Shown here in pieces: positions 45,194-55,453 of a stretch of 64,000 nt of DNA. A model generated the notes under the pieces. The model made no database searches and was not told the DNA's origin. It saw only the letters and a list, made by a program, of their open reading frames with translations. This DNA comes from an uncultured Phycisphaerales bacterium (lineage in GTDB: Bacteria > Planctomycetota > Phycisphaerae > Tepidisphaerales > Tepidisphaeraceae). A program made the position numbers and the translations under genes. Numbering within the stretch: the stretch's first letter is position 1; each line of letters begins with the position of its first letter. The DNA is taken from assembly GCA_963773725.1 (NCBI GenBank), contig CAVZCA010000001.1, forward strand, positions 9,843 through 73,842, written 5' to 3'.

Positions 45194-45972
45194 CTAAGCC
45201 GTCTTGACCCACTGCAAATACAGCCCCTCCGGCGGCGCGGTAGACCCACCCACGCGACGATCTCTGGCCGCAAGCATTTTAGGAATATCATCAGGCGTAT
45301 ATCGCCCAAGCCCAACTTCAACGAGCGTCCCGACCATGATCCGCACCATGTTCCAGAGAAATCCGGAGCCTTCGACACCCACGACGATCCTCGGTCCACG
45401 CGCGGCGATCGAGCAATCCGCGACGCATCGAATGCTGTTCTGGCGCCCATGGGTTGGACGCGTAAAACTGGCGAAATCATGTTCCCCAATAAAATGAACC
45501 GCGGCCGCTTTCATCGCGGGGATGTCCAGCGTTTGCCATCGATGCCAGGATAAATCGAAGGCAAACGGATCGCGGTTCCGCGCGTTCCAGATGTAATACT
45601 GATATCGCTTCGATACGGCCGCGGCGATCGCGTCAAATGAATCCGGCACGGCTCGATTTCGCGAATGACAATGTCGCTCGGCAGTTTGTGGTTGACGGCC
45701 CGGCGAAGATTCTCCGGCGCGATCTGAGTCTGATCCGTATCGAAATGAGCGAGCTGACCCTTGGCATGAACCCCGGCATCGGTGCGGGAAGCGCCCACCA
45801 CCGAAACGGGATGACCGAGAATTTTGCCGAGCGCCCTGGCGAGCGTTTCCTGCACGGTCGGAAGGCCCCATCCAGGCGGAGGGCGTGGCCCCTTGAATGT
45901 CGACAAAAGCGCCTGCTCCTGCCAGCCATGATAGCGCGTGCCGCGGTAGGAGAGAGTGAGTCGGTAGCGCAT
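45194..45972 (-). CDS. truA: tRNA pseudouridine(38-40) synthase TruA, with a frame change near 45650
   Basis: MRYRLTLSYRGTRYHGWQEQ and GASRTDAGVHAKGQ (catalytic Asp) in 45511-45972. FIGEHDFASF and GSGFLWNMVRIMVG in 45194-onward. Confidence 0.85.
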
Positions 45973-46102
45973 TTCTGAAAACCAGAATAGCGGAAACAGG
46001 CTTCATTTCGAGGTTCATTCGGCTTTTGAGCTTTGGAGGATTCCCCAATATGAGCGGTGAAAATTGCAAATAAGCCCCGAGACGAATAACTTGCATCTCA
46101 GA

Positions 46103-47502
46103 ATGAGCGATAAAGCAGAGCATCCGCCGGTTCCCGAGGCATTTGTGGCGCTGGGCGTACGGCCATCTATTCTTCGGCGCTGGCCGAACTGAGCTACATC
46201 ACCCCATCGGAAATCCAGACGCTACTGATCCCACGCGCGCTGGCCGGCGTGGATATTCTCGGCCAGGCCCGCACCGGGACCGGCAAGACAGCCGCGTTTG
46301 CGATCCCGATTCTGCAAACAGCCGTAAAAGGATTGGCATTTCAGGGCATCGTTCTGGTGCCGACGCGCGAGCTCGCGGTGCAGGTGGAGGCGGAGATGAA
46401 ACGATTGGCCGTCCACACGCCGATCCGTTCGGTTCCGGTATATGGCGGTCAGAAGATCGCGGCCCAAATGAAATTCCTGAAACACGGCCCTGAGATTCTG
46501 GTCGGCACGCCGGGTCGGGTCATCGATCTGCTCGATCGCCGCATCATCAGTCTGGAGAACATCCGGTTCGTCGTGCTCGATGAAGTGGACCGGATGCTCG
46601 ACATCGGATTCCGCGATGACATCCGCAATATTCTTTCGCGCATCAAAGGTTTCGGCCCCGAAGCGGGGCATCAGACGATGTTCGTCTCGGCGACGATCTC
46701 GCCGGAGATCGAGAAGCTGGCGCGGCAATACATGCGCGAGCCGGTTGAAAAACTGATCGCGCCGGGGGCCGATGACAAGCCAACGGTGGCCGAGGTCGAG
46801 CAATATTATTTTTCCGTCCAGCCTTGGGACAAATATGTTCTGCTGCGGATGCTGTTGCAGCGTGAGAACCCGGATCTGGCGATCGTCTTTTGCCGCACCA
46901 AGCGCGGAGCGGAAAAGCTGGCGAAAAAATTGCACGCCGACGGGATCGAATGCCGCGAGATTCACGGCAATCTCGCCCAGAACAAACGCGAGCGGGTGAT
47001 GAAGAATTTCCGCACGGGAAAATTCGACGTGCTGATCGCGACGGATCTGGCCAGCCGCGGAATCGACGTGGCGGATATCAGCCACATCATCAATTACGAC
47101 GTTCCGGAAGATCCGGAAGTCTATGTGCATCGCGTGGGCCGCACGGCCCGGATGGGCGCCAAGGGGAAAGCATTCACCTTCGTCGCCCGCGACCAGGGCG
47201 AAGAGCTGACCCGCATTGAAAACCTGATCAACATGGTGATTCCGCTGGCGACGCTGGAAGGTTTCGAAGCCCGGCCAACACCCGCGGATTGGACAGATGC
47301 CAAGCCCGGCACCGATTCAACAACCCCATCCAAGCCCGTGCTAAGCCGATTTGAACGGCCGTATTCGCCGGGTGGGACAGGTTCAAGCGGCGGAGCAATT
47401 TCGCCGGAGGGTGACGCACCAGCGGTTGTCGCTGTGCCGCTGCCCCCGCGCACGATCGGAAGCAAGATCCCCATCAATCGTCGCCATCGACGCCGCCGGT
47501 AA
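46103..47502 (+). CDS. DEAD-box ATP-dependent RNA helicase, with a frame change near 46170
   Basis: Q-motif region ITPSEIQ, GQARTGTGKTAAF (motif I), VLDEVDRM (motif II variant), SAT, HRVGRTARMG (motif VI), and a Gly/Pro/Arg-rich tail. Confidence 0.9.
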
Positions 47503-47525
47503 ACAAAAGCGATCCACAAATTTGC

Positions 47526-47555
47526 AAAAAAAAAGCCCCGGATGCGTTCCGGGGC
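47526..47555 (-). terminator. Rho-independent terminator for the minus-strand PA14 protein gene (hairpin shared with the helicase 3' end)
   Basis: GCCCCGGA-tgcgt-TCCGGGGC, with a 9-nt T run on the minus strand. Confidence 0.6.
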
Positions 47556-47591
47556 ATGTTCAATCATTCCTCGCGACTTTGCCTTTTCGCA

Positions 47592-49664
47592 TTACCTCCA
47601 GCCATGGTACTGACGGTGATGACGCCACCACTGCGACGAATTCGTTGCCGGCGGATTACTCGGCGTTGTCTTTGAGCTCCCACTGCCGGATGACGAACTG
47701 GAACTGCTGCCCGACGACGATGATGAGCCGGAGCCACTGCTCGACGAAGAACTTGAGCCGCTCCCGGAACTGGAACCAACGGTCACAGGAGGCGTCGGAT
47801 TAGCCGGTGGCAACGTGGGAGTTGTCGGCGGCGGCGTCGGATTAGCCGGCGGCAACGAAACAACCGGCGGCGGCAATGTAGGAGTCGTTACCGGTGGCGT
47901 CGGAGTCGTCACCGGTGGGGTGGTAACGACTGGCGGCGGAGTCACTGGCGGCGTCGGAGTTACCGGTGGCGTAGGCGTTGTAACAACCGTTTGCGGAGCC
48001 AGTGACACCGGGCCAATAGTCACGTTATTGGAAACGAGCTTCGCCTGCCACGTCGTATATTCAGCCGCTTGCATCGCCGCTGTTGGCGCGCCAAGGCTGG
48101 TGTTGTTGGTGCTGCCGGTCGCGGAGCCATTGAGGAAAACATAATTGTTTTCGTACGCCGAGCCGCTGCTATTGGCGTTGGAATGCGCCGGCACCATCCA
48201 GGCGGCGGCATTGTTATACGCGACATCATTATAGAAATTAGAACTCGATCCGCCGGACATGTAATCCTGGATATACATCCCCACATAGCTGGCATAAAAT
48301 CCATTTCCATCCGGCAGAACTCCGGTGTTAATCACGCGGTTATTGTGGATGGAAATATCATGCCCGGCAGCGACGCAGATGCCGCCGTTGCCCGTCGCGA
48401 CAACCTGATTGTTATAGATGTCGAGATAAGCCGTTTCATCCGAGCCGGCTTCCCCATCAGCGATGATGCCGCACCCGCTATCATACGTCGTATCCGGGTC
48501 GGGCGAATAGAGCCCATTGATGTAATTGTCGTGAATCTGAATCGGGCTGGCCGCCGTGCCGCTCGTATCGTACATGTTGATGACGTCATTGACGTAGCTC
48601 TGGCCCGGCTGATTAATGATCTGGTTCCAGGCGATTTCAATTCCGGGCACGCTTTTAACATTACTGAGAATAATAGCGTGCGGTGTTGAATCGCCAGCGG
48701 TTTCGTAGCCGCCATTGCCGTTGCTATATCGGCCATCAGCGTTTTCGATCTCGTTGTTGAGAATCTTGATCGTTTGCGATCCCGTTCCGGTAAAGCCCGT
48801 CACATCAATGCCGTAACCACCGAGGTTATCGTCGAGATTATTTTCGACATCGACGCTGCCGGCATCGAGCGCGTAAAGAAAGTCTCCCTTGGAAACGCCG
48901 GCGACGTTCGGATTCAGCCCATAACCCGAGCTGTTTTCAATCGTCATCTGTGCGCGGCGACGGTGTTATGAATCAGGGTGCCCGCGCCGCGAAGAATGGA
49001 ATCATCGATCGTAACCGGCTGAGTGGTTGCAATCGAAACCGTTGTGCTGTTCGCAGCAGTGTTTTCCCAGCTTCCAACATAAATGCCGCCGGACTTAATC
49101 GTGATCGCCTGGCTAAATGGATAAAGCTGAGAAGCGGGGATGACCTGCTCCGTTCCACCGGGGGTGACCCATTGAAGAGCAACGGAATCATTAGCCGCGG
49201 TAGTCTGGGCAAAATCGAGTTGGATATTGTAAAGCGTATTCGCCTTGAGATTCACGGCGACGCTCGCATCGTCAGCCGTTGTGTGCTCGCTGTAATCATT
49301 GACGACAAGCTGGCCGTTGACGTACAGACGCACTGCGGCGTCGGTCGTCACGTGAAATATATAATTCCCCGCCTGCTCGCTCAGCACCTGCCCGCTCCAG
49401 CGCACGGCGAAATTCTGCATTGACCGAAGAATCAGCGGCAGTGCCATTCCAATTGAAATTAACGGTGGAATCCGTGCGCGTCAGCACCGGCGTGGTCGTC
49501 ACGGCCAGCGAATTCGGGCTGAAAACGGTTGCGGCAGCGTTGTAATAATCGGCGCGAAGGCCGGTCTCTCCGGACAGATACATCCGGTTCTCAAGCTTCT
49601 CCAGTGAATTGCGGCGACGGGTCGCGGAGTCGGAACGGGTAGCACGACGCTTGTACGAACGCAT
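47592..49664 (-). CDS. Large secreted protein with an LEKLENR N-terminal motif, a PA14 domain, a right-handed beta-helix, a Pro/Thr linker and a Ser/Gly-rich tail, with 2 frame changes near 49440 and 48950
   Basis: Pieces 49296-49664 (RRNSLEKLENRMYLS, GLRADYY), 48944-49447 (FAVRWSGQVL...YIFHVTTDAAVRLYVNGQLV, PA14) and 47592-48947 (NN-rung beta-helix, TPTPPVTPTPPVT..., GSSSGSGSSSSSSS...). Confidence 0.65.
47791..47857. repeat. 25-bp direct repeat with a 42-bp period inside the Pro/Thr linker coding region
   Basis: GGCGTCGGATTAGCCGG[T/C]GGCAACG at 47791-47815 and 47833-47857, encoding PTLPPANPTPP twice. Confidence 0.7.
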
Positions 49665-49971
49665 TGGCCCTCCGGCGAAAGAGTGATTGTTGCTCCCACC
49701 TGCGCATCGGTGGAGTTATGACGCGGGATCAGACAGAACCACGAAAAAGCCAACCATCTCCCGCGTCCTATAAGAAGTCGTAACGAATAACCGACATGAT
49801 CGAAAGAGATTTCCAGGCGCTTTGAAAGAAATATTTTCTGTGAATAATCTCGGCGTGACCCCGGTCACTTGAACATATTCAACGCGCGGGTTGAAACTCA
49901 ATCCTATTTTTGTGAAAAAGTAAAAAAGTTTTTCCCGGCGTTGAATGACAATGTATTTCGATAGGTAAATA

Positions 49972-50553
49972 GTGAAAATTAAAATGGGAGATTGCATGTC
50001 CGCGGAAGCATCTGGAATCAATGTGAGCTTAAACGACAACACAAATCTCGAAACAGCCGGCGAACAGACTCATGTGCAGCGGCAGTTTGTATTGCAGAAA
50101 GTTCAGCCGGCGCTGTTGGGATTGATGGATGGGTCTGTTTCAACACTGGCTCCCTTATTTGCGACAGCGCTGGCGACCCGCCAGCCAATGACCGCCTTTT
50201 ATGTCGGGCTCGCCGCATCGGTCGGTGCGGGGATCAGCATGGGACTGGCTGAAGCTCTCTCCGATGACGGAAAAGTCACCGGGCGCGGAATGCCCGTCGG
50301 GCGCGGAGCGATCACAGGAATCGCCACCGCGGTCGGCGGAATGCTGCATACTTTCCCATTTTTGCTCAGTTCGCTGAGCGCCGCATTGAAGCTGGCTTAT
50401 GTTGTCGTTGTCGTGGAGCTTTTCTCCATCGCGTACATTCGATTTCGCTTCATGAAAAGTCCATGGGTCAGAACCGTTGTCCAGGTCATCGTGGGCGGAG
50501 CGATCGTGTTCGCGATCGGCATCTGGCTCGGCAGGCTGGGAGCGGCGAATTGA
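49972..50553 (+). CDS. VIT1/CCC1-family iron/manganese transporter (short form)
   Basis: 193 aa and intact. [32 protein letters not shown] and multiple TM helices. Confidence 0.7.
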   Translation: MKIKMGDCMSAEASGINVSLNDNTNLETAGEQTHVQRQFVLQKVQPALLGLMDGSVSTLAPLFATALATRQPMTAFYVGLAASVGAGISMGLAEALSDDGKVTGRGMPVGRGAITGIATAVGGMLHTFPFLLSSLSAALKLAYVVVVVELFSIAYIRFRFMKSPWVRTVVQVIVGGAIVFAIGIWLGRLGAAN

Positions 50554-50600
50554 TCGCGCCCATTTCTGTTCCAGACAACGGATCCAATAAACACATCCCT

Positions 50601-51659
50601 TGCTTTGTCTCGAAGCTCATAGGTTTTCGATAATCATCAGGTTGTGAGTAATCGCGCGTAACAAGAGGTCTCTTTTGCGACCCCACGCACCGCGTGATCG
50701 GCAGGCCGAACCGAGATTCCGCTTGACCATGCTATTGACGGTTTCCACTTGCCAGCGTTGCCGGTAATGCCTTAAGTCCCGTTCGTTTTTCATCCGTTGC
50801 CGCATGAGGCGGCGGTAATATCCCGATGGCGGACGTGTTCCCGGCCGTCCGATCGTCGCGGGGATCAGCGAACGAACCTGCAACTCTTGGCGGGCCGCCC
50901 GGTGATTGAATTCAGAGTCGAATCCCGCATCGGCCACCACGAGGCCCAGGCTCATGCGTGATGCGGCACGCCGCAGCAAGGGGACAAACTGCGGGTGATC
51001 GATTCCCAGCCCGGTCGTCGCCCGCGCCGCGAGGATCAGATGCGTCGCGGCGTGCACGGCCAGCGAGAGCTTGGGCAGTCTCTTCACGATCCGGGCGATG
51101 CGGCGATTCGCCCTGAATTTCCGGTGCTTTTTACGGGCTTCGAGCCGACTTTTATTACGCCGCTTATCAAAATACCGGCTCACATGATGCGGCTCGAACA
51201 TGCTGGAGTCTAATGCCGCGAGCCGGTCCTTGGGCCTCGGTTTCTTTTTTTTCGCCGGGGTTGGGCCAACTGGGCCGCATGCACCGACAGGTCCAGCATC
51301 GTCTCAACCATGCGAGGTTTGACCAGCCGATGAAACGCCCGGCATAGTGTGTTGTGATCGGGTACCTTCGTCAGGCCGATATCACGGCACCATTCCGGAC
51401 AGTCCTCCAAGAGCGCTACAATTCCGCGATAACTCTTTTTCTGGTGCTCGCGCAATACCAGACAGGCGAATAGTTGAGGATCCGAAAAATCTTTGCGGCT
51501 GAACCTCGAACGAGGCTTAAGACATGCCTCCCCCAACGCATACGCGGCATTCAATACCTTCCGTGGTGATTTGCAGGTCTCCATCCTGCATCTTTTATCA
51601 ATGGCTCGGACGTCGCGCTACCGAACATGGCCGAACTTGCGAAGGTTTGAGACAAAGCA
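50601..51659 (-). mobile_element. IS5-family insertion sequence (about 1.06 kb)
   Basis: Terminal inverted repeats: TGCTTTGTCTC[G]AA[G]CT at 50601, and its complement AG[G]TT[T]GAGACAAAGCA ending at 51659. These enclose a two-ORF DDE transposase. Confidence 0.75.
50617..51584 (-). CDS. IS5-family DDE transposase in two frames joined at an A8 run (OrfA 51210-51584, OrfB 50617-51201)
   Basis: OrfA reads ...AQLAQPRRKKR. The -1 frame from the A run (CGAAAAAAAAGAAAC, plus coordinates about 51240-51255) reads KKKKPRPKDRLAALDSSMFEP... and gives the AxDSS first-Asp motif, then VVADAGFDSE and ...QRWQVETVNSMVKR. Confidence 0.8.
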
Positions 51660-51721
51660 TGTTCTTCTCTATACAAGTGGCAAATGGGTGAAGGTTTTGG
51701 GCGTGTTTTTCTGAAAAAAAT

Positions 51722-51767
51722 CCTAAAAAAACAAAAAAAATAAGGCCGACCTCAAAAAAGGTCGGCC
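51722..51767 (-). terminator. Strong rho-independent terminator (minus strand)
   Basis: GGCCGACC-ttttt-GAGGTCGGCC followed by TTATTTTTTTTGTTTTTTT on the minus strand. Confidence 0.7.
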
Positions 51768-51770
51768 ATA

Positions 51771-51847
51771 TGCCCAGGACAGGATTTGAACCGGACCACT
51801 GACCCCTTCTGGTGGCCGAAAAGTGCGTTTTCAGCCTGAAAATGGGC
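51771..51847 (-). other. tRNA-like 3' fragment (T-loop plus acceptor-like end), not a foldable tRNA
   Basis: The minus strand reads ...GGTCCGGTTCAAATCCTGTCCTGGGCA. It has a canonical GTTCAAATC T-loop, but only 3 of 5 T-stem pairs, 5 of 7 acceptor pairs with GCCCATT, and no D or anticodon arm. Confidence 0.25.
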
Positions 51848-51848
51848 G

Positions 51849-51884
51849 ATACCTGCAACTTCGAAATCAATACCTGCAAGTTCG
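51849..51884. repeat. Two 15-bp direct repeats with 21-bp spacing
   Basis: ATACCTGCAACTTCG (51849-51863) and ATACCTGCAAGTTCG (51870-51884). Confidence 0.7.
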
Positions 51885-51956
51885 TTATTGACCAAAAACA
51901 CGTCCAAACCCGGAGGTCGTTTCTCAATTCAGTAAGCTTTCGCGGTTAAGGAATTT

Positions 51957-52406
51957 CTATTTTGTGAAAGCCGGCGAACCCTGCTGACGTTTTACTTGTG
52001 TTACAGAACATCGAGCTACTAGAACGTGTGAAACCTGCCTCCTTTTTAATGCGATTTTTGAGAAGTCCGCTACAAGTTGAAGGGGGGGCAGCTTCATTAT
52101 TTCTTGACCTTTGCCGTTCAGAATTTCTAGGGAGGCTCCCGGCCCCACAATGATGCTTCCAATCTTCGCGACCTTTTCGCGCTCACCCAGACCTAATCGC
52201 CGGCCACGCCCGCAGAAGGTCTTCCCTTCAAAGAGATGAACCCAAGAATCACCTCTTATAATCCGGAGTCGCATGAGACCTCTCCATGGCGTGCCGCGGT
52301 AAAGGTAGCGGTCGCTGTCCCTATAACGACGAAAGTCCGTCGGTGTATCGCATGGAAGCAAAATATTTACGCAATCGAATCGCTCTAGCGGTAAATCGAT
52401 CGACAT
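51957..52406 (-). CDS. Hypothetical protein downstream of the kinase
   Basis: 149-aa ORF, same strand, 42 nt after the kinase stop. WVHLFEGKTFCGRGRRLGLGE...IGSIIVGPG is faintly beta/gamma-crystallin-like. No firm motif. Confidence 0.3.
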   Translation of the reverse strand: MSIDLPLERFDCVNILLPCDTPTDFRRYRDSDRYLYRGTPWRGLMRLRIIRGDSWVHLFEGKTFCGRGRRLGLGEREKVAKIGSIIVGPGASLEILNGKGQEIMKLPPLQLVADFSKIALKRRQVSHVLVARCSVTQVKRQQGSPAFTK

Positions 52407-52448
52407 TAGTGACTTAAGGAAATTGATTCGAGGGCGATGGAGACGTGT

Positions 52449-54527
52449 TTATTGATTGTTTCGCTCGACCGATTCGCAAACCACGCGAAATCCTACTGTA
52501 GGCAACGACACGTCGGCTGGATAATGCGTTTCCAGTTTTATCGGTACGAGCCAATCTGATTCGGGGGTCAAATAGTCTGCGCCCACAGCGATGTAAGATA
52601 GTTCGTTTGTTCCGCTGGCGTGACTCACCGAATTAGAGGCATGGATCGGCAGATCGGAACACCACTGTCTGACTTCGCCGATCATGTCATACAGACCCAA
52701 CTGATCTGGCAGCTCTTGTGCAACCGGCCGAAAATGCCGGCCATTGCCGTTTGCGTACGAAGTTTCGCTTTCAAGGTTTTTTTGCGTCACTGGGCGCGAT
52801 TCTCCGCTGTAAAACGCGTACTGCCATTCAGATAGAGTGGGTAGCCGATAGTGGCGTCGTTCTCTTTTGCTGAGTTCAGCGCAAAATTCCACGGCTTGAA
52901 TCCAAGTGACGCATTGAACGGGCGCGTCCAGGCCGATCAGATTATGGTCAGAGGGGTTCTGGCCCATCACCCGAAGGTACTCGCGCTGAGTAACTGGCGT
53001 GGCGGACATGTAAAACGACCGGTCGGACCGAACGTAGGGTCTGCTCAGCCAGTCAGCTTCGTTGGGCGGGATCGGGAGGTCTCCGATGGGTATGGAGCCA
53101 GCGGGGATTCTCACAAATCGCATATTTTCGTCATTAATGAATGACAATTGGGAGGTGACTGTCGGAGATGAATCGAAGGAGTGCACACAAAGCGCTGTAA
53201 GCGTGGCGAGAACCAAAATTGCACGCGAAACGAATGAAAGGCGTCTTTTGGTGGACTTCGTTTTGCCCGCGAGGACAGATTCCAAGTCACGAGCCATAAC
53301 GCCAGCAGACCGGTATCGCCCATCAGGGGTCTTGCATAACGCCTTAAGCACAATTTCTTCGAGAAAGGAACTGACCGCAATCCCATTTCGTCGCGCCACG
53401 CGAACGAGCGGCGCAGGGGTGGCCGTTGCCATTTGCTGTAAAATGGTGCGGAGTTCACCAGCGAAAGAGTAGGGGAATTCGCCCGCGAGAGCGGTGTACA
53501 ACATCACGCCGATGGCGTAAATGTCACTCCGAGCATCGATTCGATCCGGAGAAGAAAAGAGCTGTTCCGGGCTCGACCAGGGCAATGAACCGAGCATTTG
53601 GCCGGTTCGCGTCAACGCGGCGTGCCTTTGCTCGCCTATATCCTCGGAATCATGCAACAGGCGAGCCATTCCAAAATCCAGAATATGTGGCTCGCCTTGG
53701 TTATCCACGACGATGTTCATCGGCTTTAGGTCGCGATGGATTACGCCGCTTTGGTGTGCTCCATCAACCGCTTTAGCAATCTTGACGAACGTTTGAATAA
53801 TTAAAACGGTGTCCTTTTCCGACTCCTGAACAAAGCGGTCCAAATTACGTCCATCAATGAAATCCATGACCAGAAAAAAAGAACCATCCAAAGTTCGACC
53901 TTTATCCAGGATGCTCACGATGTTCGGATGATTCAAACGCGCCAAAATCGCGGATTCTCTCTCAAATCGTTTTCGTCCTCTAAATCCCACGTGCGGACCG
54001 CCATGCATAATCTTCATTGCGACAACGCGACCGGTTCTTTCCTGGATCGCTTTAAATACAGTGGCTTGGCCTCCTGCGTTAATTTCACTTTCTAGGCAAT
54101 ATCCGTGAATTCGAAGGCCGTTGAAGAGATTGATTCTGGTTTGAGATTGATCAGAGTCATTGGGATGGTCGTCTGAGGAGTCCTTAATGGGATCGATCGG
54201 AAGCCCTGCTACCGACTCTGCCGGACGCGCAACAATGGTCTGGTGAATCAAATCAAGTGCATTGAGTTCGTCGCGCAAATATGGCATTACTTCTGGGTGC
54301 CTAGCAATCACATCCTCGCTGCGAATTATTTCCCCACTAGCCCGTCGCTGCACCACGTCACAAATAATTTTCGAAAGCTTATCCTCGTACTCTCCCGAAC
54401 TCTTGGGTGATTGTGGATTAGCCAAACGACTTGCCGGCGCTGAAATTCGTTGTCGAACGTTTGCATCCGGAGACTCGGGCATAGGCAATCCTGTGGTCAG
54501 GTTATCCAGTTTATGGCCGTCAAACAT
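52449..54527 (-). CDS. Membrane Ser/Thr protein kinase with an extracytoplasmic formylglycine-generating-enzyme (FGE/SUMF1-type) domain
   Basis: 692 aa and intact. GGQATVFKA...VAMKIM, HRDLKPMNIVV, DFGMARL, TM ILVLATLTALCV, then FVRIPAG...YRLPTLSEWQYA...GLYDMIGEVRQW...GFRVVCE. Confidence 0.85.
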   Translation of the reverse strand: MFDGHKLDNLTTGLPMPESPDANVRQRISAPASRLANPQSPKSSGEYEDKLSKIICDVVQRRASGEIIRSEDVIARHPEVMPYLRDELNALDLIHQTIVARPAESVAGLPIDPIKDSSDDHPNDSDQSQTRINLFNGLRIHGYCLESEINAGGQATVFKAIQERTGRVVAMKIMHGGPHVGFRGRKRFERESAILARLNHPNIVSILDKGRTLDGSFFLVMDFIDGRNLDRFVQESEKDTVLIIQTFVKIAKAVDGAHQSGVIHRDLKPMNIVVDNQGEPHILDFGMARLLHDSEDIGEQRHAALTRTGQMLGSLPWSSPEQLFSSPDRIDARSDIYAIGVMLYTALAGEFPYSFAGELRTILQQMATATPAPLVRVARRNGIAVSSFLEEIVLKALCKTPDGRYRSAGVMARDLESVLAGKTKSTKRRLSFVSRAILVLATLTALCVHSFDSSPTVTSQLSFINDENMRFVRIPAGSIPIGDLPIPPNEADWLSRPYVRSDRSFYMSATPVTQREYLRVMGQNPSDHNLIGLDAPVQCVTWIQAVEFCAELSKRERRHYRLPTLSEWQYAFYSGESRPVTQKNLESETSYANGNGRHFRPVAQELPDQLGLYDMIGEVRQWCSDLPIHASNSVSHASGTNELSYIAVGADYLTPESDWLVPIKLETHYPADVSLPTVGFRVVCESVERNNQ

Positions 54528-55137
54528 AGAGTGAGACAGAACGCAATTCCACGCGGAGAGATTTCAGAGCCCGCTTACAGAGATTCGCCGCTGATGCCCG
54601 CGTGCGATTCATCTGTCTGGCGACTTCAGGGACATCCAATCCGCTCAGGTGTCGCAGCCTCAACGCCTCGGCTTGATCACGAGGCAGCCGCTGGATCGCA
54701 CTGTCTAAGGCCGCCATCAGTTCATGGCTCACGGCCGATTTGCTGGGAGTCCTTAGATAAACTGCCATCTCCGCAAGCAGCCGAGCCATAGACGCATCGT
54801 CACAGCTTCTGTGCAACAGATATCGCGTATTTTTGCGTTTCGAAGTCCGAATGTATTTAAGATGATCCAATATTTGACGGCGTGCGATCGTCACGAGCCA
54901 GCGAAAAACCGGATCGGGGCCTTCGGGGCGAAATCCAGACACGCCGCTGATCGCCTTCAACCAAATATCCTGCAAAATGTCCTCGGGTTCGAGCCAATCT
55001 TTAAGTGCCTTTGGAAAATGTGACTGCAAATAGGCACTTAAGCCATTGTGGTGGCGATATAGCAACATTTCCACGGAAGCCAAGTCGCCTTGAACAGCTT
55101 TGGAAATCAATAGTGATTCATCTCCTATTGGCGACAT
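54520..55137 (-). CDS. ECF-type RNA polymerase sigma factor (kinase-linked, ECF43-like context)
   Basis: 205 aa. Region 2 EDILQDIWLKA...FRWLVTIARRQILDHLK. Region 4 LPRDQAEALRLRHLSGLDVPEVARQMNRTRASAANLCKRALKSLR. An 8-nt overlap with the kinase start. Confidence 0.85.
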   Translation of the reverse strand: MSPIGDESLLISKAVQGDLASVEMLLYRHHNGLSAYLQSHFPKALKDWLEPEDILQDIWLKAISGVSGFRPEGPDPVFRWLVTIARRQILDHLKYIRTSKRKNTRYLLHRSCDDASMARLLAEMAVYLRTPSKSAVSHELMAALDSAIQRLPRDQAEALRLRHLSGLDVPEVARQMNRTRASAANLCKRALKSLRVELRSVSLYV

Positions 55138-55453
55138 GGACAGCTACTGGGATACCGGGGCTGGGCTATCCCTGCAAGAAAACCGTTTAAACTCAACAGT
55201 TATTCCGCGGCAACCTGAGCCGTCCCTCGTATGCGTCGAGCACACATAGAGGGTTAATGCTGTTGAACTGAGAGCCCGGTTCGGCTCGCCGTGCGCTACC
55301 GCCACATAGTCGATTTCGGCCATGTCCATCAAACACATGTTCGTCCACCGCGCTTTCATCTAGATCCGATTCGCCTAACTATTTTTTTCGGAAAAGTAGA
55401 GAATCGGTGATACGACTTGCCTGAAATTTCGTTTAGGTGGTTGAGAGACATCA

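Noticed and set aside
47640-48010. Repetitive DNA that might be a CRISPR-like or tandem-repeat array
   Set aside because: The repeats are irregular and sit in-frame within the Pro/Thr- and Ser/Gly-rich linker of the PA14 protein. There is no repeat-spacer periodicity.
49665-49971. Possible yybP-ykoY (Mn) riboswitch upstream of the VIT-family transporter
   Set aside because: I read both strands of the AT-rich divergent region and found none of the conserved four-way-junction core sequences. It is probably just promoters.
51771-51847. An intact tRNA or tmRNA gene
   Set aside because: Only the T-loop and part of the acceptor stem can be drawn, and there is no D or anticodon arm. The acceptor end is not the GGGG.../...CCACCA Ala-type end of tmRNA. 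I kept it only as a tRNA-like fragment.
55144-55359. 71-aa minus-strand ORF in the sigma/operon divergent region
   Set aside because: It would occupy the whole divergent promoter region. It has no RBS or motif and is probably spurious.
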